DNA from: an uncultured Lentisphaeria bacterium
GTDB taxonomy: Bacteria; Verrucomicrobiota; Lentisphaeria; JABSQK01; JAJFLO01
Direction of reading: 5' to 3'
Assembly: GCA_951812855.1 (NCBI GenBank)
Contig: OX638337.1
Span: 1,890,001 to 1,922,000 of the forward strand
DNA: 32,000 bases
Numbering within the stretch: position 1 is the stretch's first letter; each line of letters starts with the position of its first letter. Of this stretch, positions 19,782 to 27,723 are shown in pieces. The position numbers and the translations under genes were made by a program. The notes under the pieces were generated by a model that made no database searches, was not told the DNA's origin, and saw nothing but the letters and a program-made list of their open reading frames with translations.

Positions 19782-20740
19782 TGATTTACTCTTTGGTGAA
19801 CTGCCGGATCCAGCGATCCGGATTTCAGTGCTCTCTGATAGGCTTCATATGCCGATGCGTAATCTTCAACATTTTGAACCATTCGCCCATGAAGTGTATG
19901 GAGTAAGGCTGAATCCGGATAAATTTTGTGTAAACTTATAAAGTCCGGCATGAAGGTTTCGACATAAAGCCAATCCGGATAACAGGTTTTAATGTGGTCA
20001 ATCATGATTAAAAAATCTCTATGATTATCCTCCACTGAAAGAGTAATTAATAAGCTTAGATAAACATTTCCAAATGCACGGCCCCCGGCAGGCCATTCAT
20101 TATAAGCCTGAGTAAGATATAGTCTTGCCTTTTTGGCATTGCCATTTAGAAGATACGATACACCGGCTGAATACAGGTCTTCGAAAAACGTATACTCCGT
20201 GTTTGTTAAACTGATTCCGGATGCTTTCAGAGCAGATACGATTGTCTTGTTATTTCTGTCATCCTGATATTTGAACCATAGCAGTTCATTGATAAATCTG
20301 CTCTCTTCGTATTTACGAAAGGCACCGTCAATCTTTAAACCCTTAATGATGTGCCATGCATCCTCTTCGGTCAGCCCATATCGGTCTATTAGGATTAATT
20401 GAGCCAAAATGGTTTCTCTGAGCCTGAGATGATGTTTATTTATAGTGGACCCGGTCGGAGATCCATAGCGTGCAGCGTTACTCTTTTTGATCGCATCAGG
20501 AAGGGCATTATTCTCTTTAATACCCCGGAAATCATGTGATCGTGTTTCAATTCGCCCCGGATCAAACAGCTTTTCAAAAAAACCCTGTTCTCCTGCTTCG
20601 TTATTTTGATTTTGACTCAATTGCTGCAAGAATTCTGCATACGGGTCACGCTGGAAAAAATGATAGCTCAATGACAGAATAATGCAGAGAAAACTTGCAG
20701 TGACTATCAGAAATCGTAGTAAATATTCTTTTGAAAACAT
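19748..20740 (-). CDS. membrane-anchored helical-repeat (TPR-like) protein, function unknown
   Basis: Single N-terminal TM (LLRFLIVTASFLCIILSLSYHFF). The helix-rich remainder has TPR-like stretches (AKKARLYLTQAYNEWPAG...; DYASAYEAYQRALKSGSLDP). I recognise no enzymatic motif. Confidence 0.45.
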   Translation of the reverse strand: MFSKEYLLRFLIVTASFLCIILSLSYHFFQRDPYAEFLQQLSQNQNNEAGEQGFFEKLFDPGRIETRSHDFRGIKENNALPDAIKKSNAARYGSPTGSTINKHHLRLRETILAQLILIDRYGLTEEDAWHIIKGLKIDGAFRKYEESRFINELLWFKYQDDRNNKTIVSALKASGISLTNTEYTFFEDLYSAGVSYLLNGNAKKARLYLTQAYNEWPAGGRAFGNVYLSLLITLSVEDNHRDFLIMIDHIKTCYPDWLYVETFMPDFISLHKIYPDSALLHTLHGRMVQNVEDYASAYEAYQRALKSGSLDPAVHQRVNQWLSEIKKENS

Positions 20741-20779
20741 GACGTATATTCCGGCTCTATACTTTGATCAAGCATCCCT

Positions 20780-21427
20780 TCATTGGGCTTTAATTGTTGT
20801 AAGATTTTCATCATATTCACCGATTGAGTAAACGACATCAAATGATTTTGGATCATCCAAACGGGGTGTCCAGCCAACTTCTGCACCATTCTCGAGTAAA
20901 TACTCACGTACTTCTCTAAATTCTGTAAAACATTCCTGCCAGGTATGAAATACATAAAAAAAATGTTTCGGCGGAAAATCTCTTAGTATTTTGTCGAGAA
21001 TTTTCACTGTTTTACAGGATTCATTAAGTTCAGCACCACCGTATTTTTTAAGTTTAAATTTAAACCGATAACCGGTAAATGTCGGTGTCAATTCGATGAC
21101 AGACTGCACGCCGTTTTTTTCCAAACTGAGACTTTCAATGACATCCCCTTTTTTGACTTCCTGAGTTATTGCTTCAACCAGGTCCTGTTCAGGAAGCATA
21201 TAAATCCGGTCATATTTAAGGCAGATTGTCAGGGACTGTTTTTCAGGTACATATGCCAGGGGAAATGAGATAGATTTATTCGTTTTTTTAACGATCCCTA
21301 TTTTGTTGTCGCTTTTGTAATTGACGATGATTGCGACGCATGCAAGGAGTATCATCATACCGGCGACGTTAGAAATAATATCAACAAGTGCACTGAAATC
21401 AACGCTGATTGACTGGTGTTGCTTCAT
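20780..21427 (-). CDS. single-pass membrane protein, ExbD/TolR-like topology (second copy)
   Basis: I place the start at ATG 21427 (MKQHQSISVDFSALVDIISNVAGMMILLACVAIIV) because AAGGAG lies ~12 nt upstream. This start overlaps the preceding gene by 29 nt. The N-terminal helix resembles the ExbD 'D..f.LLiFF' helix. The soluble domain is longer than in canonical ExbD. Confidence 0.45.
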   Translation of the reverse strand: MKQHQSISVDFSALVDIISNVAGMMILLACVAIIVNYKSDNKIGIVKKTNKSISFPLAYVPEKQSLTICLKYDRIYMLPEQDLVEAITQEVKKGDVIESLSLEKNGVQSVIELTPTFTGYRFKFKLKKYGGAELNESCKTVKILDKILRDFPPKHFFYVFHTWQECFTEFREVREYLLENGAEVGWTPRLDDPKSFDVVYSIGEYDENLTTIKAQ

Positions 21428-21950
21428 GGAAAATATCCTCTCCTTCGAAAATCGGGAGTGATCCTGTTCGCAGTGGGAGTTTATGATTATTGATGATGTA
21501 TTGGACAATTGTTGCTGTATTTCCACCTTCGGGTTCGACCCACAGGATGAGAGTGTTCTGCTGCCGTGAATAACTTAATTTTCGGTTTTCAATTGTTTTT
21601 CCTTTAATAAATTCCAGAAATGCCCGACTCTTTCCGGTTAAAAAAACTCTTTTGTCATTTGATTTGATCAATGCAGCAAGTTCAAATAATGAGATATCCT
21701 GCCGGGTATTGTGTTCATCCAGCCAGGATAACATCGATTTAGTACATCGCATATGAAAGGGTATGAAATTTGCCGGTATTCCCACAAGTTCAACAGTCGA
21801 CAATTTCTTTTTTTCGATTCGTTCTTCAATCGAAATTCCGATTGTTGTTAACGCCATGACACTCATTAATCCAAGCATGATTGATAAAAAAGGCAATGAG
21901 GGTATTTGAAAACTCTGGTCACGGTATTTTAATCGGGTTCGTTTACTCAA
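21399..21950 (-). CDS. single-pass membrane protein, ExbD/TolR-like topology (first copy)
   Basis: TTG start, a basic N-terminus (SKRTRLKYR), then the helix IPSLPFLSIMLGLMSVMALTTIG as in ExbD/TolR. It lies immediately downstream of the MotA/ExbB-type gene. The similarity is in architecture only, not a confident motif match. Confidence 0.45.
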   Translation of the reverse strand: MSKRTRLKYRDQSFQIPSLPFLSIMLGLMSVMALTTIGISIEERIEKKKLSTVELVGIPANFIPFHMRCTKSMLSWLDEHNTRQDISLFELAALIKSNDKRVFLTGKSRAFLEFIKGKTIENRKLSYSRQQNTLILWVEPEGGNTATIVQYIINNHKLPLRTGSLPIFEGEDIFHEATPVNQR

Positions 21951-22031
21951 TTTAGATAGAATGGGTTAGAATTGCAGTTTTGGCATATCGTGCTCAGTAT
22001 CACTAATTCCAATTAAACAGCAGATATACAG

Positions 22032-23006
22032 TTATATATCAACTTTGTTTTCAGGTTCACTCTTGATGACATCACTGTTTTCTTGTTCTTCAATCGTATC
22101 ACTATCATTTGAAGCAGAGGTTTCGAGGGAATCTGAATTTATTTCTTCTTCAATATCTTCGGGTGAAATAAGAATTTCTGTGGCAAATCGTATAAAATAC
22201 TTATCAACTTGTTCTAAAAATAATTGGGAATGCCGTTTAAGAAGGGTCGCAAAAGCAAGCAGGGGTATTACCATAGCAAGACCAACCAGTGTGGTATGAA
22301 ACGCAACACCTAAACCTTGTGCTGTTGCAGTTAATCCGGCAGAAAATCCTAAATCACTTCCCCTCGCAACGACTTCTGAAAATGATTTTAATGCCTGAGT
22401 CATTCCAAAAACGGTCCCTAAAAAACCGGCCGTAGGTAAAAGCCATATTAAAAATTGTGTGATGGCAAACGAATTTTCGAGAGAATCCCAATCTGTTTCA
22501 GCATGCTGCTTTAAAACTTCCAATATCCTTGAATCCGCAGGATTCTCTAACTGTTTTGCTAAAATAATCCAGTGAAGACGCTGGTAAACAATCAGGTTAT
22601 TAAAGGATCCCAATTCATTAATTTTGATAATTTCTTTTACTCGATTTAATATATCATCGGAGGATTTGAATTCAGTAGAAAGAATTTGTCGAACTGTTCG
22701 GAATGCATTGAGTTGACGCGACAAAACATTCCATTTGAATATGATTATAAACATTCCGCAGATCGCCAAAATCAGAATAGAATTTGAAATTTCATCACTA
22801 AAAACCGTTTCAAAGGGGATATTGAATTTATGTCGGGCAAATGTGAACATTAACCATAGAATCAGCGACCCCGAAATCGCATATAAATTGAAATCTCCCT
22901 TCCAGGGCGATGCATCTAATAAGTATGCGTGACAGGAAGGGCAACGAAGATGATCCCTGGTCAGTCTTGTTTTGCATTCAGGACATGGTATATCTGTTTT
23001 GTTCAT
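22032..23006 (-). CDS. MotA/TolQ/ExbB-family proton channel with N-terminal zinc ribbon and acidic C-terminal tail
   Basis: CPECKTRLTRDHLRCPSC (CxxC-x10-CxxC) at residues 8-26. Two TM helices, a ~100-aa loop, then the MotA_ExbB signature LLPTAGFLGTVFGMTQAL...GLGVAFHTTLVGLAMVIPLLAFATLL. The tail EEEINSDSLETSASNDSDTIEEQENSD is acidic. Confidence 0.8.
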   Translation of the reverse strand: MNKTDIPCPECKTRLTRDHLRCPSCHAYLLDASPWKGDFNLYAISGSLILWLMFTFARHKFNIPFETVFSDEISNSILILAICGMFIIIFKWNVLSRQLNAFRTVRQILSTEFKSSDDILNRVKEIIKINELGSFNNLIVYQRLHWIILAKQLENPADSRILEVLKQHAETDWDSLENSFAITQFLIWLLPTAGFLGTVFGMTQALKSFSEVVARGSDLGFSAGLTATAQGLGVAFHTTLVGLAMVIPLLAFATLLKRHSQLFLEQVDKYFIRFATEILISPEDIEEEINSDSLETSASNDSDTIEEQENSDVIKSEPENKVDI

Positions 23007-23588
23007 TTATAATCAGTTATAGATTGTTAGATTTGATTGTTGCAAAAGGTAAGTTAACGGGTATTCAAAAATTTACTGCATCAATAATAAAATCGGTTGG
23101 TTGAACAGACGGGCTTATGGATATCGAGATCTTGAGTATTTTAAGCCTAAGATCTTCGATCTACCCAAAATGCAGATTGTCAAATCCCTATGATTTTACA
23201 GATTCTTGTAAATAACCAGTTACAGGCAATCCGGTATAGAATTGATTCTGACGATAGTACTCTAATTCTGCGATTTTATTGGGAGTAAAAGAACATATTT
23301 TAATTAAAGGATTGGATTAAAATAGTTCTGTACGTTATCAACCAACTGAAATTCAAAGCTATTTAATTGATATGACATCTTGAATAATAAATATTTAAAT
23401 TAAATAAAACGGATTGTAAAATATATTTATAGTGAAGTAAATATAAAATATATCTAATCTGATATAAATATTTTAAATGTAAGCAGCACAGAAAATGTGT
23501 TATTTTGCTTAACCGATATTATCACCTCAGTAACAAAATATATGACCTGCCGGGATTTATTATTGGTGAAAGGGGTACGCAATAGTAC
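23007..23588. promoter_or_regulatory. 582-bp AT-rich divergent control region between the membrane operon and the cas operon
   Basis: Flanked by divergently oriented start codons (23006 minus, 23589 plus), so it must carry both promoters. It contains very AT-rich phased ATATA/AAATAT runs (23380-23480) and an imperfect hairpin at 23481-23510. No ORF of 60 aa or more and no CRISPR repeats. Confidence 0.5.
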
Positions 23589-24251
23589 ATGGAATTTAAA
23601 CAAGCATTTTTAAGATTGAAATTTCAGGAAGAGTGGAACGGCCCAAATGCAGCTCACCTGCTTAGAGGGGCGATTGCCTCGGCATTTCCTGCTAATGACC
23701 TGTTTCATCAACACAATGTCAAGGGTAAGGAAATCTATCGTTATCCCAGGATACAATACCGGTGGGATCAAAAAGATGGTATTGTCGTCGCCTTTGGCGA
23801 TGGCACAGAAGCATTACCTGAATTATTTGTAAAGAGTATGCCTTTAACTCTTAATGGGCATACTCTTCATATTGCAGAAAGCCTTTTTGAATTTCGCAAG
23901 GCACATATAAAAATCGCCGATTCGCTGATTGACTACTATTTCCGATCTCCGTACTTACCATTAAATCAGGATAATTACATACGTTATTTGTCAATGAATG
24001 TTGTTGAAAAGAAACAGGAATTGCGACGTTTATCAACTGGAAATATTCTTTCCACTGCCAAACAATTAGGAATTCGATTTAATCAGAGAGTTTATACCGA
24101 TTTCAGAGTGCGAAAAAGTCTGCCTTGTACATATAAACATAATCAATTGCAGGGATTTCTTGGAACGCTTGTTACCAATGTAGACATGCCCGAAGATTTT
24201 GCCATCGGCAGGGCTGTTTCTCATGGGTATGGATGGATAAAGAGAAAGTAA
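23589..24251 (+). CDS. cas6: Cas6-like RAMP endoribonuclease
   Basis: First gene of the cas operon. N-terminal LRGAIASAF...YRYPRIQYRW pattern and C-terminal glycine-rich loop IGRAVSHGYGWIK, typical of Cas6 RAMPs. The 220-aa size fits. Confidence 0.7.
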   Translation: MEFKQAFLRLKFQEEWNGPNAAHLLRGAIASAFPANDLFHQHNVKGKEIYRYPRIQYRWDQKDGIVVAFGDGTEALPELFVKSMPLTLNGHTLHIAESLFEFRKAHIKIADSLIDYYFRSPYLPLNQDNYIRYLSMNVVEKKQELRRLSTGNILSTAKQLGIRFNQRVYTDFRVRKSLPCTYKHNQLQGFLGTLVTNVDMPEDFAIGRAVSHGYGWIKRK

Positions 24252-24254
24252 ATT

Positions 24255-26051
24255 ATGAATTCTATAGTTTTTAGTAAAACATCGAATATTTTTTTAAATT
24301 CTGGGATAATAGCTCTGAATTACTATTTAGATATTTGTAAAAATAAATCAGATAAAATTTATGATTATACTCATAAATTAACAGAGGATGAATTGAAAAT
24401 TGAATGTAAAGAACTTTTTCCGTTATTAAAAGAGGTCTATTATGTGATGGGAAAAGAGTTGTATGATACAAGCGGAAAAAACGCAAAAGAAAAAGAAGAA
24501 AAACACTATTTTAAGAAGGAACCTTTTAAAGCCTCCCGAATGGCAAAAATGAAGACATATGGAATTGCAGCTTTAATTACAAATGACCAACAACCAATTT
24601 CGAAAAATAAAAATGATGCAGATAAATTCATAGAGATTTTTAAAGAAGAGCCTGACTTCGCTAAAAAAATAGCTGAGACTTATTTAAAGGATGGTAAAAA
24701 ACTAAAGGGATTTGATATTTTAAATTCTGGTAAGGTAATAAGGAATAATGATCAAAAAAGTGGTGACTCAAAAATTTACTTAAATGAACCATATATTAAA
24801 ATTACTCGACTCGACGATTTTGATAAGAGGTATTTTGAGAGAGGTGATAAGAAATGTTATTTGACAGGGGAAAGCTTTAAGAAATTGGTCGAAGTTAAAA
24901 GTACCTCACCTTTCTTATCTGGTTCCGGCCTTAAAATTTTTGATTCATATTTAAAAGAGACTTCTCGGAAGATTAGCTGGAAAGCGATGTATTTAAGTCG
25001 ATTCTCACCCAAACTTGGTCTCTATTCATACACTAAAGGTTTAGACAGCTTAATGTGTTATTATTTTGACTCAGATAATCTGATAAATCTCAATGAAATA
25101 TTTCATCAGAACCTTTCATTTTATAAAGATGAAAGGGAACTGATCAACAATAGTTATGAGAGTAATTTCAAATTGTATAATTTTTCAGAACAAAATGAAA
25201 TATTATTCATGCTTATCTATACTTTTTACAAGCAGTTTTTTATAGAATGTGAGCTTCAAACCTCTAAAAGTAAAAAATATTCTCTAATGGGAGATTCCGA
25301 TTTAGAAGATCTGCCGCCAGTTTCATTAATTACATTCAAGGCAGATAAATTTGCATCTACAATGAGACCCAATTCATTTGAGACCTTTAACCATTTTAGA
25401 TACATCATCGGATTAATCTCTTTTTTTGAAAAAAATGAACTTAACATTCAACAAGTGCTGTCAAGCCTAAAATTTCTAAAAAAATCGCAGAATGAAGCAA
25501 AAAATAAATATAGATTAGAACGTCAAATTCGAAACAAAATTCTCGGAAATATTCTAAGTAGAAAGTCTATTTCAAGTGAACTTAGCAATCTATTTTACAA
25601 ATGTTACAGTCAATTAATTGCCCGGGATAGTATTAAACACAAATACAAACAATTTCATCAATTAATGAAATTGGCAAAGTTATATGAACCCATCATAAAT
25701 TTTGGAGGGAATTTAGATATGAATAAAGAAATACAGGAAAAAGCTATTAAGCTAGGAATCTCTATTGGTATGGAAATATTAAAATTTGAAAATAGTGAAC
25801 GGAAACCGGGTAAAGACAAAGAAAATGCTCGACAAGGAAGAAAGTATGTGATTGGTTTGAACAAGTCTGGAACTCTGGAAAAATTCTGCGAAGCGATTGT
25901 ACGAATTCAGTCAAAGTATTGTTTGGTAATAAGTAAAGAATTGATACAAAATCTAAGTGAAAACAATTTTGAATGTGTCAGAAATTTTGTAATAATAGGT
26001 GCATTGAATACAATCAACCCTGCATTACAGAATAAGCCCCAAAATGCATAA
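24255..26051 (+). CDS. cas8b: type I-B large subunit (Cas8b/Cst1-like), highly divergent
   Basis: Called mainly from position (between cas6 and cas7) and size (598 aa). The N-terminal NIFLNSGIIALNYYL resembles the start of Cst1-type proteins. It is Lys/Asn-rich and has no CxxC pairs. Confidence 0.6.
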   Translation: MNSIVFSKTSNIFLNSGIIALNYYLDICKNKSDKIYDYTHKLTEDELKIECKELFPLLKEVYYVMGKELYDTSGKNAKEKEEKHYFKKEPFKASRMAKMKTYGIAALITNDQQPISKNKNDADKFIEIFKEEPDFAKKIAETYLKDGKKLKGFDILNSGKVIRNNDQKSGDSKIYLNEPYIKITRLDDFDKRYFERGDKKCYLTGESFKKLVEVKSTSPFLSGSGLKIFDSYLKETSRKISWKAMYLSRFSPKLGLYSYTKGLDSLMCYYFDSDNLINLNEIFHQNLSFYKDERELINNSYESNFKLYNFSEQNEILFMLIYTFYKQFFIECELQTSKSKKYSLMGDSDLEDLPPVSLITFKADKFASTMRPNSFETFNHFRYIIGLISFFEKNELNIQQVLSSLKFLKKSQNEAKNKYRLERQIRNKILGNILSRKSISSELSNLFYKCYSQLIARDSIKHKYKQFHQLMKLAKLYEPIINFGGNLDMNKEIQEKAIKLGISIGMEILKFENSERKPGKDKENARQGRKYVIGLNKSGTLEKFCEAIVRIQSKYCLVISKELIQNLSENNFECVRNFVIIGALNTINPALQNKPQNA

Positions 26052-26096
26052 CAACAAAATATATCGGTCTAAAACAATCAACCGGAGAAAGATAAA

Positions 26097-27002
26097 ATGT
26101 CAGAAAGAGAACTAAACGCAAACAGTATAACAATTACATACTTGTCAAAAGTAACTTTTGCCAGCCTTAATGGAGCAGATAAGGACATTGATAACATCAA
26201 TCCCATCAAAAAAATCACATTGGATGATGGCAAAGAATTACCTTATATTTCTTCGCAGGCCATTAGAAGAGCTCTGCGGAATTCTTTGATCGATGCAATG
26301 GGATTCGATAAATCAGGAGTTCAGCAAGCAAGTGCTGATAAAGGTGCTCCTAAAACTCAAATGAATCCGGCAAAATATATCGAAGATGACCTATTTGGTT
26401 ATATGGATGCGTCACCGGGAAAAGATGGCGGACCAGGTAAATCAAAAATAAGGACTTCACCAATAAGAGTCGAATCTTTAGTTGCAATATCTGACTACAA
26501 AGGTGATTTAGATTATGCAACTAATTTTATGGGTAATAATGGGGGTGCTAATCCGAATATTTTTGAAACGGAAATTCATTCTGGTATTTATAGAGGCACC
26601 ATATTAATTGAGCTTGACAGAATAGGTCGTGGACAAGGATTTGATGACAAAGACATCGACAATAAAAGAAGCAAAAAAAGAGTTTTAGCATTTCTTGATG
26701 CATTCAGAAACTTGTGGAGTAGTGGGAGACAGACAAGGTTCCTCGCTGATATTTCTCCTAAATTTGTAACTGCCGCTTTCATGAAAGTGAAAAATCCGAT
26801 TTTCCTAGAAGCTTTAAATGTCGTTGATAAAGGAAAGGTAAATATAACACAACTGAAAACCGTCACAGAAGATTATAAAAAATTTATCAAAGACCATGTT
26901 TTTGCAAGTCAAGCAGCGATATTTGAAACAGATGAAAATGTCAATAGTTTGGATAAAGGTTTTTCTACTATCGAAGGCTGGATAATAGATTATTATGAGT
27001 AA
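26097..27002 (+). CDS. cas7: Cas7 (Cst2/DevR family) backbone subunit
   Basis: SLNGADKDIDNINPIKKITLDDGKELPYISSQAIRRALRNSL matches the DevR/Cst2 N-terminal signature (aslN...PyiSgqa.R..lR). GGAGA RBS upstream. Confidence 0.8.
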   Translation: MSERELNANSITITYLSKVTFASLNGADKDIDNINPIKKITLDDGKELPYISSQAIRRALRNSLIDAMGFDKSGVQQASADKGAPKTQMNPAKYIEDDLFGYMDASPGKDGGPGKSKIRTSPIRVESLVAISDYKGDLDYATNFMGNNGGANPNIFETEIHSGIYRGTILIELDRIGRGQGFDDKDIDNKRSKKRVLAFLDAFRNLWSSGRQTRFLADISPKFVTAAFMKVKNPIFLEALNVVDKGKVNITQLKTVTEDYKKFIKDHVFASQAAIFETDENVNSLDKGFSTIEGWIIDYYE

Positions 27003-27714
27003 TTTCATTTATTGTGCGATTGAAATAAATACCCAATCTTCAACCTTTAGAAATCCAGAATTCCAAAACTTTCACAAAACACTCTTTTTGCCACCCCCTA
27101 CAACCTTGATAGGAATTGCGGGGGCTGGTTTAGGGCTGAGCCCTAAGAGGATTCAGTGTTTTTTTGAAACAGGAATTTGGAAATTAGGTGTCTGGGGACG
27201 ATCTGAAGGCATTGCTAAAGATTTGTGGAAATATGAAACACTAGATATTAAAAAGCCCAAAAGCATAATCCATAAAGAAATTCTACATTCTAATCAATTT
27301 ATATTGATATACGGCACGGATAGTCAAACAGCCATTAATAAAATTTCTGAAGCGTTTTTAAATCCAGTTTATGCATTAACTTTAGGGAATAGTGATTCCT
27401 TGGCAAAGGTATGCAATGTTCAAATAATAGAAGAAACATGTTCAAAAAACATATTACAAAATTGCCTAGTCGATGGCGATATTATTAAAGAAGTTATAGA
27501 AAATACCTCAAATAATCTAGAGTTCTCAATTTACAATACTTCCGATCAAATAACTTATGATTTACCTGTGAAATTTTACTATGAAAGTGATTATGGAATT
27601 CGAAATATTATTAAGAGGAAAAAATTATCTTTTATCGGTAAAAAAATGAAATTGAATCTCAAAAAACAGGGTGTGATTTACAAAAATGAGTTTATACCTG
27701 TTTTTGATATTTAG
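26995..27714 (+). CDS. cas5: Cas5 (Cas5t-like) subunit
   Basis: FRNPEFQNFHKTLFLPPPTTLIGIAGAGLGL matches the Cas5 N-terminal motif (fr.p...sy..PpPst.iG.l.a.lG). 8-nt overlap with the cas7 stop. Confidence 0.75.
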   Translation: MSNFIYCAIEINTQSSTFRNPEFQNFHKTLFLPPPTTLIGIAGAGLGLSPKRIQCFFETGIWKLGVWGRSEGIAKDLWKYETLDIKKPKSIIHKEILHSNQFILIYGTDSQTAINKISEAFLNPVYALTLGNSDSLAKVCNVQIIEETCSKNILQNCLVDGDIIKEVIENTSNNLEFSIYNTSDQITYDLPVKFYYESDYGIRNIIKRKKLSFIGKKMKLNLKKQGVIYKNEFIPVFDI

Positions 27715-27723
27715 AGAATTGAA

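Noticed and set aside
18134-23006. Considered calling the MotA-like operon a Zorya system.
   Set aside because: - There is no ZorB-like partner with a peptidoglycan-binding domain.
- There is no long ZorA tail.
- There are no ZorC/ZorD-like (helicase or nuclease) genes.

Only the general idea of a MotA/ExbB-type motor is shared.
23007-23588. Searched the region upstream of cas6 for a CRISPR array or degenerate repeats.
   Set aside because: No 25-40-nt direct repeats with regular spacing were found. The only recurring strings are short AT-rich words.
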